Shown here: positions 24,263 through 38,600 of the stretch, in pieces
Layout of the letters: each line of letters begins with the position of its first letter
Numbering within the stretch: position 1 is the first letter of the stretch
Origin: Dictyostelium discoideum
Lineage: Eukaryota
Length of the DNA: 64,000 nucleotides
Direction: 5' to 3'
Assembly (NCBI GenBank): GCA_000004695.1
Contig: CM000155.2
Coordinates: 352,001 to 416,000 of the forward strand
Translations under genes and position numbers: made by a program
The notes under the pieces: model-generated
Told to the model about the DNA's origin: nothing
Databases searched by the model: none
Seen by the model: only the letters and a program-made list of their open reading frames with translations

Positions 24263-24382
24263 AAAAAAAAAAAAAAAATTTGGTTTTTTTTTTTCATATG
24301 AAAAACCCAGATTGAAACCGATCATTGGGTGTTTTGTTTTCAATTTTTTGATCTTTTTTTTTTATTTTTATTTTTATTTTTA

Positions 24383-24413
<31 letters not shown>

Positions 24414-24633
24414 TTATTTTTTTTTTAAAAAATAAAGCGACACCAATGACAACATTGTTCAAATTCTAAAAATAAAAATTCTATTTATTTTATTTTTTGT
24501 CATGGGGTGTCACTTTTTTTTTTTTTTTTAACCTTTTTTTAAAAAAATAAAATAAAATAAACAATTCTATTTTTAAATTACACATTTACAATAAAAAAAA
24601 AAAAAAAAAAGATTACTTTTTGTATTATTATTA

Positions 24634-25962
<1,329 letters not shown>

Positions 25963-26000
25963 TGTATATAAAATTAATAAATATACAAATACACAAATAT

Positions 26001-26034
<34 letters not shown>

Positions 26035-26346
26035 TTAAAAGATTTCTTGTTTTTTTGAAAAATAAAAAAAAAAAAAAAATTTTAAAAAAAAAAATTATTT
26101 GAAAATTAGATTTTCTAGCTAAAAATTTGGTTTGTAAGGGTGGTAGTGGTAATATTTTTTAAAAAAAAAAAAAAAAATAAAAATAAAAAAAAAAAAAAAA
26201 ATAAAAATTTGTTTTTTTATTTTTGTTTTTTTTTTTTAAACCAATCTTTTTTTTTTTCTTTCTCAAATTCTCACATTTTTACTTATTTATTTATTTATAT
26301 AAATATATTATAGATACCCAAAAACATTCAACACTGTTTCGTTGAT

Positions 26347-26389
<43 letters not shown>

Positions 26390-26402
26390 GAATATATTAA
26401 AA

Positions 26403-28189
26403 ATGAACTTTTTCAAGAGTAACAGTAACAGTAACAGTGATACTAGTAGTAGCAGTAGTAATAATACATCAAATGATATAAAACCAGAAAAAAAAGATTA
26501 TAAACATATAGATGATCCATTTCGTATTCATAGATTAACTTGCGAAAATAATATTGAAGAAATTAAGAAATATTTAGATAGTGAACCATATTATAAAGAG
26601 TTTATTGATATTAGAGATACCCATGGTTATTCAGCTTCTCATTATGCAGCACATGTATGTATTTTTTCTTTTTTTTTTTTTCCATTAATATTTTAGTGCA
26701 CTATTAACTTTATCAAACATATATATATATATAGTTTGGACATAAAAATATTATCGAATTATTATTAAAATATGGGGCAGATCCAACTAAAAAGAGCGCT
26801 GCAGGTTGGTCAGTAATTCAGGAAGCATGTGGAAGAAAAGATAGAGAAATTGTAACATTACTATTACAACAAATAAAGAATAAAATTGAAAATGAATTCA
26901 CAAAAAGAATGCCAATATTAGTTTCAGCACTTGAAAATGTAAATAATATACCCCCTCCCCATATAATTTTATAAACTAAATATATATATATATATATATA
27001 ATAACTAATAATTTTTATTTTTTTATTTATTTTTTAGATACCAGATTTTGAAATGGAATTAAAATGGGAAGTTAAAAGTTGGGTACCATTAGTAACTAGA
27101 TTTTGTCCATATGATACTTATAAAATTTATAAACAAGGATCATCATTTAGAGTTGATACATCAATTATTGGAATGGATGGTATTAAATTCATTAGAGGGG
27201 ATTTATCATTTTTATATAAATCTCAAAGACTATTTTCAATGGATAATATAAAACATACATATTCAGAGATGGAAATTGTAGCTTCAAAAAATCCAAAAGT
27301 ACATGATGAAGAAGTAGATATACTTTTAGATCAAACTATGAATAGAGTAAAATTAATGACTGATGAAATCGTTTTCACAAAATCAAAAACTTGGTTTGGT
27401 AATGAAAAAACAGAGAAAATCGGTGACAATGCTGATTGGAATGCTAAAATGTTTGATGTTACAAATGTAGATTTAAAAATTATGGCAAGAAAACCAAAAA
27501 GACAACCAAATCATCCACATTTTAATAAAGATCAACAACAATTAGAAGGTAAAGATAGTAGTAGTAGTGGTAGTGATGATGATGATAATAATAATAATAA
27601 TAATAATAATAAAATTACAACAAATATAGATGATAATAATAATAATAATGATGAAGATGAACTTAATCAAAATCCAATTGAACAAACAAAGAAATATATT
27701 GAATCATTAAAAAATGTAACTTATGAAATTAGAGATAGTACATTGAAATCAAAAATAATGGAACCAGGTTATTTTAAAGCACCAAAGAATTTTGATCCTT
27801 ATACACATGAACAAAATATTAACAAGTCAAAGATTAAAACTCAAGGTTTATTATGTGATGGTGAAACCGTTAGTGAAAGACATAAATATTTCAAGGGTAC
27901 AATTTGGATATCTGAGGAATTCCCTAGAAAAGTCACTGATCTATTACCAATTTTTGAAGTTTTATCACCAACCAATAAATTGTTTAGTAGATTATGTGAA
28001 TTTATCTCTTTGAAATTACCATCAGATGGTTTTCCTGTTAAATTGGATTTACCATTATTTCCAACTATTTCTGCAACTGTTATCTTTACAAAATATATTG
28101 AAAAGCCTGTTGATAAAAATTTATTTACAATTCCATCTCATTATATTGTAAAAACAACCCCACCATCTTCAACAACATTTACAAAATAA
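26403..28189 (+). CDS. ANKRD13-family protein with ankyrin repeats and a GPCR-chaperone-type domain. Model is join(26403..26654,26735..26938,27038..28189), about 535 aa.
   Basis: Donors are CAT|GTATGT at 26655 and AAT|GTAAAT at 26939. Acceptors are atatatag| at 26734 and tttttag| at 27037, all phase 0. WEVKSWVPLVTRFCPYDTYKIYKQGSSFRVDTSIIGMDGIKFIRGDLSFLYK matches ANKRD13A [52 protein letters not shown]. An ANK repeat (GYSASHYAAHFGHKNIIELLLKYGADP) spans the first intron. Confidence 0.8.
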
Positions 28190-28221
<32 letters not shown>

Positions 28222-28553
28222 TTAAAATTAATTATTTAATTTTTTAAAATTCTATTTATAGATTAAAAAATATCTATTTGATAGAGTTTTTTTTTTTTTG
28301 TAATTGTTTAATAAAAGATTGATTAAAAAAGTGGATATTTTTTTTTTTTCTTTTTCTAATTTTTTTTTTTTTTTTTTTTTTTTTTATATTTTTCTCTAAA
28401 AAAATAATGGTTTTTTTAAACATTTTAAAAACATGTTTTGTTTTTTTAAATTATATTTTTTTTTTTTTTTTTTTTCATTAACTTGGTCACATTGATCTAT
28501 TTATATACCAATTTTAAAATTGAAATAAAAATAATATACAAATAAAAAAAAAA

Positions 28554-29585
28554 ATGATTAAAGAAGAAAATAAATTTCTTTTTTATATTTGGAGAAATTT
28601 ATATTTAAAAAATAAAATTTTACAACAAGTTAAATATTTAAATAATAATATTTTTATAGTTGAAATAAAAAGTAAAGAAGAGTTATTAAATCATAAATTT
28701 AGAGATTTAATAAAAGTTATAATTTATAATTCAAATGAAGATATTTGTAAAGGTGATTTACCATCAAATATTGTTAAATTATCATTTGGTAGAGGTTTTA
28801 ATAAACCAATACCAAGTGGAGCAATTCCTTTAACCGTAAAGTCAATAACATTTGGAATGTTTTTTAATCAAAAATTAACTTTAGGAATAGTTCCATCAAG
28901 TTGTAAATTATTAAAATTTGGTGAATTTTATAATCAAAATTTAATACCAAATCAATCAATTCCACCAAGTGTTGAAAATTTAGAATTTGGGTTTATGTAT
29001 AATGAAAAACTAATTAAAGGTTCAATTCCATCAAGTGTTACTTATTTAACATTTGGGAATCAATTTAACCAAATACTAACAGATGGAATCATTCCATCGA
29101 GTGTGAAAACACTGATATTCGGTGACAGTTTCAATTTACCATTATTTAAAAATGCAATTCCATCAAGTGTGCAAACCTTGAAATTCGGTTTAAAATTCAA
29201 ACAATATTTAAACAAAAATTCAATTCCACCAAGTGTGAAATCATTAACCTTTGGAAACGGGTTTAATAAACCATTAACCAATGAATCAATTCCATCAAGT
29301 GTTGAATCATTAACATTTGGTAATTGTTTCAATAGAGAATTACTACCAGGTGTAATTCCACCAAGTGTCAAATCATTAACATTTGGAAATGATTTTAATA
29401 AACCATTAACCAAACAATCAATTCCATCAAGTGTTATCTCATTAACATTTGGTAATAAATTTAATCAACCATTACCTGACGGAGTGCTACCTCCAAATCT
29501 TTTAACTTTAAAATTTGGTAACTCCTTTAACCAACCGAAATCAAATATATCAATTCCTCAAACTGTTAAATCATTAAATTTTTAA
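28554..29585 (+). CDS. FNIP-repeat-containing protein, the Dictyostelium-type FNxxIP ~22-aa repeat, with about 12 repeats
   Basis: Repeated units LxFGxxFNxPLxxxxIPSSVxxL (LSFGRGFNKPIPSGAIPLTVKS, LTFGNQFNQILTDGIIPSSVKT and others). It is a single exon. Confidence 0.85.
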   Translation: MIKEENKFLFYIWRNLYLKNKILQQVKYLNNNIFIVEIKSKEELLNHKFRDLIKVIIYNSNEDICKGDLPSNIVKLSFGRGFNKPIPSGAIPLTVKSITFGMFFNQKLTLGIVPSSCKLLKFGEFYNQNLIPNQSIPPSVENLEFGFMYNEKLIKGSIPSSVTYLTFGNQFNQILTDGIIPSSVKTLIFGDSFNLPLFKNAIPSSVQTLKFGLKFKQYLNKNSIPPSVKSLTFGNGFNKPLTNESIPSSVESLTFGNCFNRELLPGVIPPSVKSLTFGNDFNKPLTKQSIPSSVISLTFGNKFNQPLPDGVLPPNLLTLKFGNSFNQPKSNISIPQTVKSLNF

Positions 29586-29634
29586 ATTTTTAAATTTATT
29601 GAATTTTTATAAATTTTATTATAATTGATGTTTG

Positions 29635-31021
29635 TTAAAATCTTCCAGCTTGGTAGTCTTTAAAAGCTTGTTGAATTTCAGCTTCAGTATTCATAACGAA
29701 AGGACCATATCTTGCAACGGGTTCATTCAATGGTTTACCAGCTACTAATAAAAAACGTACACCTTGATCTGAATCACCAGCGATAACATCGATTCTATTT
29801 CTATCCTGACCACCTTGTAAAATACCAATTTGTGAGGTTTTAACTTCTTTTCCTTTTGCCTTTGGACCGAATCTAGCAGACCCTTCAAAAACGTAAACAA
29901 AAGCTTGATGATCATTTGGAATCTCTTCTGAAAATGTTGAACCTGGTGATAACTTAACATCTAAATATAATGGATTCGTTACGATTCCAGCGATTGGACC
30001 TGTAATATTTTTATAAACACCTGCAATAATTCTAGTTTTACCTCCACCCTGTTCATCAACTTCAGGTATATCTTTAGCGGGAATATCTTGATAACGTGGT
30101 TCCATCATTTTATGAGATTTTGGTAAATTTACCCAGAGTTGAAATCCCCAAACCACCTTATCACGATCAACAATTGGCATTTCTGAATGAATTATACCTT
30201 TACCAGCCGACATCCATGACACAGAATTTGCTTTTAATAATCCATAATTATGTTTATGATCTTTATGCTCCATAGTACCTCTTAACATATATGTTACAGT
30301 TTCAAATCCTCTATGAGGATGTGATGGAAATCCTGCTATATATTGATTTGGATCATCACTTTTTTTTTTTTTTTTTTTTTAATTATTAATAATTTTATTT
30401 GATTTAATTTAATTTATAAAAAAATAAATATTAAAATTTATTATTTACCTTTTAAATTCATCTAATAATAAAAATGGATCCAAGTCACTTATTGGTCCAC
30501 CAATAATTCTTCTTAATTTTACTCCTAAATTAAAAAAAAAAAAAAAAAAAATGGGATTAGTGGTTTTTCCTAAAAAATAAAAAAAAAATAAAATAATTAC
30601 CAGCTCCATCTGAAGTCATCATTCCAGTACTAACTTTACTAACTATTCTTGAACTCATTTCTATAATATTATTATTTTTATTTATATCCTCTTCTTCTTT
30701 AATTTTATTATTATTATTATTATTATCTTTTAATTTTTGTTTTTTATTATTTAATAAATTAATATTATTAATATTATTATTATTATTATCCTTTTTATTA
30801 TTATTACTATTATTATTTAATGGTTTAAAAGTATTTTGTTGTTCTTGTTGTTGTTGTTGTTGTTCTTGTTCCCTTTGCTGTTGTTGTAAATATGTAGTTG
30901 TGGTTGTAGTTGTTGAAGATAAAAAATAATATAGTAAAGAGGCTATTACAATTATAAAGATAATAGTATATTGATTTTTATATTTATTATTATTTGTTCG
31001 GTTATGTTTATGAGAAACCAT
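29635..31021 (-). CDS. Pirin (bicupin). The core model is join(30601..30658,30449..30524,29635..30358), 285 aa starting MSSRIVSKV. The frame stays open upstream to an ATG at 31021, which would add about 120 aa with a hydrophobic segment and a Q/N-rich linker (a longer-isoform hypothesis).
   Basis: LDPFLLLDEFK|...|SDDPNQYIAGFPSHPHRGFETVTYML...WMSAGKGIIHSEMP...LWVNLP...GPFVMNT matches human pirin (DPFLLFDEFKGG..GFPDHPHRGFETVSYLL...WMTAGRGILHAEMP..LWVNL...GPFVMNT). Donors are GCTG|GTAATT at 30600 and AAAAG|GTAAAT at 30448. Acceptors are atttag| at 30525 and aaaaag| at 30359. Exon lengths of 58, 76 and 724 nt keep the frame. Confidence 0.85.
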
Positions 31022-31675
31022 TAATGATATATTTATTGTATTATATATTTTTATAATTTTAAATATTTTATAGTCTTAAAACTATTTTTTTTTTTTTTTT
31101 TTTTATCATTTTATAATTTTATTTTTATACCCTCTGCAAATTTTAAAATGTTTTTTTTTTTTTATTTTATTTTATTTTTTTATTTTTATTTTTTTTTTTT
31201 TATTTTTTTATTTTTTTTGAAAAATTCTTTTTTTGGATCTGCAAACTCCGGAACCATAGATATTTGTCTTCTTGATTTATAAAGAACATAATAAATAAAT
31301 AATTAAATTTATTTGAAAAAAAATAAATAATAAAAAAAAAATAAAAAAAAATTTCTTTTTAAAAATACAAGAATATATACACAATCAAGAATAAAAGAAC
31401 ATTATATAATAAACATAAATGGATATAAAAAAAAACTTTTTGATTTATTACAAGTTTATGTATAAATTAATTAATTAAAAAAAGAAAATAAAAAAATAAT
31501 AAAAAATAAAAAAAATAAAAACTATTAATTTTTTTAAAATAATTTATACATATTTTTTATTTATAATTTTCTTTTTTTTTTTTAAAAAAAAATAGATATT
31601 TTTTCTATTTTTAGTTTTTTTTTTCTATTTTTTTATATTTTCTATTTTTATTTTTTTTTTTATTATTATTTTTTT

Positions 31676-33001
31676 TTATAATTTTGAACCTTGCATTAAT
31701 GCACCTAATTTAGTAGCTAAACCCATATTACCAGAAATCTTTAATTTACCTTTGGTGAAAGCAGATTGAGCATTTAATTTACCAGTCATAATATCAACAA
31801 AATCTTCATCTGAAACTGTGATTGTTACGTTTGGTTTAGTTGAACCAGCACCAACAACAATTGAACCAGAACCATTCTTTAAATCTAAAGCCCAAGCTTG
31901 GGTATTTGTACCTTTTTTAATGTTAATTAAATAGATACCATTGATTTTCTTTACTAATTCTGCACCTTTAGCACCAATGTTACCTTGAATGGTGGTGAAA
32001 ATCTTTGAAGCATTGTAACCATCGACAACGACAGAACCTGATGGAGTGGCAGCAAGAGCTTTTGGAACAGCAACCTTTGGTGGTCTAACCAAAACGGATT
32101 CACCATCAGCTGGTTTACTATTGACAGCGGCCAAGATACCACTAACACTTTCAGAGGCTGATGTTGGGTAGGATGGATTATCGAATGATTCGATTTGGGC
32201 CCAATTATCTTTGATTTTCTCTGGGGTCAAGTCTTTCATATAGACACCAGCAGAACGTTGTAAACGAACTTTGCTGACCCAACCAGCACCAACTTCGAAA
32301 ACACCACCAGTTTCAGTGGTGTCTTGATGGCAGAGATACAAGACCAATGGTACGATGTAGTCTGGTTTCATTTGCTCCAAAATTTCTGGTGGCATGACTG
32401 ATTCGGTTAAACGAGAGGCAGCAATTGGTGCAATTGTGTTACAGTGGATATTCTTGCTCTTACCTTCTTGAGCGAGTGTGTTGGAGAGACCAACCAATGC
32501 CATCTTCATTGAACCATAGTTTGCTTGACCAAAGTTACCATAGAGACCTGCGGCACTGCTTGTCATGATGATACGACCAAAGTTTTTCTCTCTCATATGA
32601 TTCCATGCTGCTCTTGATAATTTGTATGCACCTTTGGCGTGGACACGATAAACGAGATCCCAATCACCATCGGTCATTTTACCAAAACTGACGTCACGTA
32701 AAATACCTGCATTGTTGATTAAAATATCGACACCACCAAATGAATCCATAGCGGTTTGAACAATCTTTTCACCATCTTCAACAGAGTCATAATTGGCAAC
32801 TGCTGTACCACCTGCTGCTTTAATTTCTTCAACAACTTTATCTGCTGCTTTTGATGATGAACCTTGACCTGTATGTGAACCACCTAAATCATTAACAACA
32901 ACTTTAGCACCACGTTTAGCAAATTCTAATGCATAAACTTTACCAATACCACCACCAGCACCTGTAACAATTACAACTTTATCTTTAAAATTTAATGCCA
33001 T
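31676..33001 (-). CDS. mfeA: Peroxisomal multifunctional enzyme type 2-like, with an SDR 3-hydroxyacyl-CoA dehydrogenase domain and a C-terminal SCP2 sterol-carrier domain, ending in the PTS1 -SKL
   Basis: The N-terminus has the Rossmann motif VVIVTGAGGGIGK, the active-site Y..K (NYGSMK) and an SCP2-like C-terminal domain. The last three residues are SKL. The 441-aa single exon matches the known Dictyostelium MFE-A architecture, which has the dehydrogenase and SCP2 domains but no hydratase domain. Confidence 0.85.
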   Translation of the reverse strand: MALNFKDKVVIVTGAGGGIGKVYALEFAKRGAKVVVNDLGGSHTGQGSSSKAADKVVEEIKAAGGTAVANYDSVEDGEKIVQTAMDSFGGVDILINNAGILRDVSFGKMTDGDWDLVYRVHAKGAYKLSRAAWNHMREKNFGRIIMTSSAAGLYGNFGQANYGSMKMALVGLSNTLAQEGKSKNIHCNTIAPIAASRLTESVMPPEILEQMKPDYIVPLVLYLCHQDTTETGGVFEVGAGWVSKVRLQRSAGVYMKDLTPEKIKDNWAQIESFDNPSYPTSASESVSGILAAVNSKPADGESVLVRPPKVAVPKALAATPSGSVVVDGYNASKIFTTIQGNIGAKGAELVKKINGIYLINIKKGTNTQAWALDLKNGSGSIVVGAGSTKPNVTITVSDEDFVDIMTGKLNAQSAFTKGKLKISGNMGLATKLGALMQGSKL

Positions 33002-33227
33002 TTTATTTTTAATTTAACTATTTTAAAAAATATATTAATATTATTAAAATTTTATTATTATTATTGTTTTTTTTTTTTTTTTAAGTTAGTATAAAATTTA
33101 ATATATAAACAAAAAAATATATAAATTTATAAAAGTGTGAAATAAAAAAAAAAAAATAAAAAAAAAATAAAAAAACCCAATTAAAAAAAAAAAAAATTAA
33201 TTAATAAAAAAAATAAAAAATAATATG

Positions 33228-33267
<40 letters not shown>

Positions 33268-33404
33268 AAAAATAAATGTTATCATTATCAATTTCAAATT
33301 TTTTTTCTTTATTTTTTTAATTTGAATGATAAATGAAATATGGTTCTATAAAAAGATAATAACACATACAATTCGAATTTAATTATGATTTATTTAATAA
33401 TGAT

Positions 33405-33435
<31 letters not shown>

Positions 33436-33728
33436 TACAGAAAAAAAAAAAAAAATTGAAAATTTGAAATAAAAAATTAAATTGAATTGTTTTTTTTTTG
33501 AAAATGAAATTGCGATTGGTATTTCTTTTTTTGTATAAGATATTAGTTTAAATTTCGTAGCGCTATTTGTTTTCAAATTAAATTTCTTAAAAACTTTTTT
33601 TTAAAAAATAAAAAGAAATTTTAAAAAAATAAAAAAAAAAGAAATTTTAAAAAAATAAAATAAAAATTGAATTGGTAATCATCGATAATCAATGTTGTGT
33701 TTTATTGTTTTTAGTGTTTTTTGGTTTG

Positions 33729-33762
<34 letters not shown>

Positions 33763-34234
33763 AATAAAATTTATTTTTGGTTTAGTAAAAAAAATAAAAT
33801 AAAAAATATATATATAATCAATCATATTATTTTAATTTATTTTTAAATGGTAATTTGTAAATTTTAAATGTTGGTTAATAGTAAAATATTTTTACCAATG
33901 AATCTAAAAGAATGAAAAAGAGAGGAATTTTTACAATAAAAGATTATTATGGGAATAAATTCGAAATAAAAATAGTAAATACACATTTTGATAGTAAATT
34001 ATTATAAAAAGAAGGGTTGTTTAATAAAAAGACTGTAGATCATAATTGATTCTTTGAGATTTAAAACAATAATTTTTTATTCATCAGAAAAATAATAAAA
34101 AAAATTATAATAAAATAAAAAACAAAAATTTTTTTTTATAAAAAATCCAAAGTAGTAGAACCAGAGATTTTAAATTATTATTGAATAAATATAGTAAGAA
34201 CTTTCATTACTGAAAATATTTATTAATATTATTT

Positions 34235-34274
<40 letters not shown>

Positions 34275-35035
34275 CCAAAAAAAACCAATTCCGGTTTAAT
34301 TTTTTTTTTTTTTAAATTTTTTTTTTAAAAACCAAAAAAATTTTTTAATATTATTAATAAATTAAGGATCAAAACCCCCGGCTTTATTTAAAAAAAAATT
34401 TATTTTTATGATGTTATGAGTTATTTATTAATTTCATGTGAAAATGAATGGATGTTGTGTAATAGTAGTGGTTTAATTTTTTTTTTTTTTTTTTTTATAA
34501 ATTCCTGTCTTTTTTTGGAAATATAGTGGGGGTTTATTCAATTTTACTTTTTTATATTTCATTTTTACAAAATTAAACCTTTTATGTAAACATTTAGTAA
34601 ATTAAATTTATTATTATTATATTATTTACATTTCCTGTTTATAAAAAAACCATACATAGATGGTACTTTTTTTTTTATTAGTTTTTACCGTTTTTTTTTT
34701 ATTGTTTTTTTTTTCCTTTATTTACTTGGAGTTAATAAATGCTTTGAAAAGTTGATTCACTCACACACGCAATTAACACACACACACCATTATCTCATTA
34801 ACCCAAGTCCAATATTAATGAAATAAAATAAATATTTTTTAATAAATTTTTTAATTTTATTTTTTAATAAAATAAAATTCAAAAATATATAAATATTAGA
34901 AAAAATATGGTTTATTTTTTTAATTCATTCAAAAATTGTTTTTTTCTTTTTTTTTAGTGAATAATTAAATAATATTAATAGTAAAAATTCTAAAAAATAA
35001 AAATTTAAATTAGAACTATGTCAATTTTTGGTAAA

Positions 35036-35081
<46 letters not shown>

Positions 35082-35345
35082 TTTTATAATATTTAATTTC
35101 CATAAACTAATAAAAATCCTTTTTTTTTTTTTTTTTTTTTTCCAAAAGAATCAATTTGTAAGTTAAGAAAAATAAACACTAAAAATCAATCTAATTCAAT
35201 AATATCAAAATCACAAATGAATGAAATTTTATTTGAAGGAAATAAAAAATCAAACAATGGAAGAATAGAAGTTGTAACATGGGGTAGAGGAAATGTTGAT
35301 TATGGTAGTGTTTATCGTGATTGACTTTTTTTTTTTTTAATTTTA

Positions 35346-35380
<35 letters not shown>

Positions 35381-35672
35381 AAATTATTTAATAAATGTAT
35401 TTTAGTTAAAATAAAAATATCAACAAAAAATTAATTTTTTAATCCTAAATTTGTATTGTTTTATTTTTTTTTTTTGTTTTTGCGAAATATTGGAGTAAAT
35501 TTAAATTCAATGAAAAAAAAAGATCTCAAAAAAAAAAAAAAAAAAAGATATTTTTAAATATTTAAAAATATCTTTTTTTTTTTTTTGATTATTTTTTTTT
35601 TTCTTTTTTTTTTATTATTTTAATTTTTTTAAAAAAAATATTTTTATTATTTTAATTTTTTATTTTTTTTTT

Positions 35673-38600
35673 ATGGGAAAAAATAAAATGAATAAAAAAA
35701 ATAATAATTTTAAGTATTTATTTTTAATAATAATAAATTTATTTTTAAAAACTGCAAGTGCAGCAACAAAAAATGGTTTAGATGTGAACCAATATAACTG
35801 TATGGTGGATCTTTTTACATCAAATCAAATTTTGAACCAGGTTAATTTGGCAAACCTTAATTATAATTTTTGTGATTTTGTTAAAGGATTTCAATGTAAT
35901 ACTGCTACTTATTTTATTGAAAAAGTGTATGTTATTTTTTTTTTTTGATCAATTTACTACCCACAACAAAATTCTTAAATTTACTCAATTTTTTATTTTT
36001 TTAAAAAAAAAAAAAATCAAAAAAAAAGAACATTAAATTATCCTATAGGACAAGTTCCCATACCATTAATTACAACTAGTTTTGCATGTATACCAACAAT
36101 GACTCAATTAGTAATAAATAATTTCGATGTTGGATCTTTCATATCAACAAATAATGTTAAATTACAAAGATTGTAAATATTTTTTATCATAATACAACAA
36201 CAACAAAAATAATAATAATAATGAATTATAATTAATGTTTTTTTTTTTTTTTTTTTTTTTTAATATTATATAAATGAAATAGGGAATTAAATAATTGTAC
36301 AAAATTATATCCATTGCCAGTTTTAAGTTCAATTATTGAAGATGTTTACATTTTTAATAATGATAATTCGCACAATGAGAGTAGAGTGTCAATTGATTTT
36401 TCAAGTATTATAAATTTAAGATCATTTACCTTGGTTGATTATACAAGAAATGTGTCATATACAAGATTAATAGGTATACCAACAACTTTTAAATTATCTT
36501 CTTTAACAACACCTGTTGCAGAAATACCAATTTTAACAAATATGAACTTGACACTGTAAATATATTTATCATTAATATAAATTAAATTTAATTTTTATTC
36601 ATTTATCATTATTAAGCTAATAATTATAATAATTTTTAATATATTATATTATAGTTCAATTTTCTTTAATAATTATGTAAATAGAAATTCATTTATAAAT
36701 TTTAATACATTCAATTTAATAAGTTCTCTTACTTTATCATCTTATTCTCCAAATACATTAATACCATTTCCATTTGATTTACAAAATATACCAACTGGTG
36801 CTCCACTTACACTATTGTAAGTTTTTTATATTTATTTATCTATCTATTTATTTATTTATTTATTTTTTTAATTAAAGAATTTAATTTTAAAATAATTAAT
36901 TAATTAATTATAAAAAAAAGTATTTCTCATGTTTGTTTTGAACCAATAGTTTCAAATACTTCTGATGATTATTTTGCAGATTTTTCAAATCTTAAAAAAT
37001 TAATTTTATTTGGTGCTTTGTGTAACAGTAAACAACCATTACAAAAATCATATTTTCCAATTAAAAAACTTCAAGATGGGCCAACCCAATATTTTTATTT
37101 TGAAGGTTACAATTTTCATCCATTTTCATTTGACATATTTTCAACTGTTGCCGTATTATATTTAACACATAATAATTTAACAGGTGTAATTCCAATTAAA
37201 AAAGCAATTGAACAAGATGTGTATGTGTATTTTAATTTTTCATCATATGTAATATAATTTTTCATAATAAATTAACCAAAAACTATATATGATTTTTTTA
37301 AATATCAATAGAGATTTATCAAATAATCAATATATAGGTCGTTTAGATGATTCATATTGTACTTCATATGTCAATGTAAGTAATAATGTAGGAATAAATG
37401 ATATCCCAACTTGTTTTTCTTGTCATTGGAGTAGTTTTATGCAACCATATTTCCGGAATATAAGTTTTGTAAATTCAAATCAATGTAATAGTATTATTCC
37501 AAATTTAAAGGTTGAAACTGATGGACTTATTATATTGTATGGTAAAGATCTTGGTTTTTCAAACATTGATTTTGAAACTACACCATCATTAATTTGGAAA
37601 AGAATTCCATCCTCAAAAGGTACATCATTTTCTGCAAATTATTCATCAATTGCTAATTTTGGGTCATTGTCAACAATGGATATTCTATACTATTATCCAA
37701 ATAAGATTTATACAGTTTCATTATCTCCAATGTTTCCAGAAATTTATAAAGTGAAAGTAGTTTCACAAGATACATTCGACATTTATGGTAAATTCTTTAC
37801 ATATAATATTACAGATGTGTCAATTGAAATTGGTGATTTAATTCAACCATTAATTTGTTATGTATCATATACAAGTTTTGATTATATTAGTTGTTCATTG
37901 GAAAATATATTATCATTATTAATTGAATCACAACCACCAGTATTTGAAACAAATGTTATACCAATAGATGATAATTCAGGTATTACAATAAAATTATCAT
38001 CAATTAAAGTTTCTATTGGTTCATTAAGTTCAAAAGTTTATTTTACAAATACTGTTGGAGTGGAGAGTAATAATAGTTGTATTGCTTCTTGTCCAGTTGG
38101 ACAATATTGTAGTTTAAATTCTGCTACTTGTGTAGTACCTGACCCACTCCCAACCTCACCACCACCAGGTAATTGTAAAAATAATTGTTCAGGTAATGGT
38201 GTTTGTTTAGCTGCTTCAAGTCTATGTGTATGTAATGCAGGGTTCTCAGGTGAAGATTGTTCAGGTAAATTTTGTTCAAGTAGTTGTAGTGCAGATTTAT
38301 CACCTTCTCAAGGTTTATGTAACAATGTAAATGGTGAATGTGAATGTTTTAAATATTACACTGGTTCAAAATGTGAATTGCCAAATCACTTTGTTTCATC
38401 AAATGTACCATGTTCTATCAATGGTGGTACTGTATTATTATATGGTTGGTTTGGTACTAATAATACAAACGTTTTAGTTCATATTGGTGATGCAAAGTGT
38501 ATGAATGTTATTGTAAATTCATCTCAAATACAATGTACTATTGAAAAGGGTTCCATTGGTATAAAGTCAATTAATGTAACTCAAAATTCAATAGTTTGGT

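Noticed and set aside
37289-37310. ORF-track start codon at 37289 for the 794-aa ORF
   Set aside because: It lies inside intron 5 (acceptor caatag| at 37310). The upstream exons from 35673 supply the signal peptide. More generally, the track treats TTG and CTG as M (for example, 1160 is TTG).
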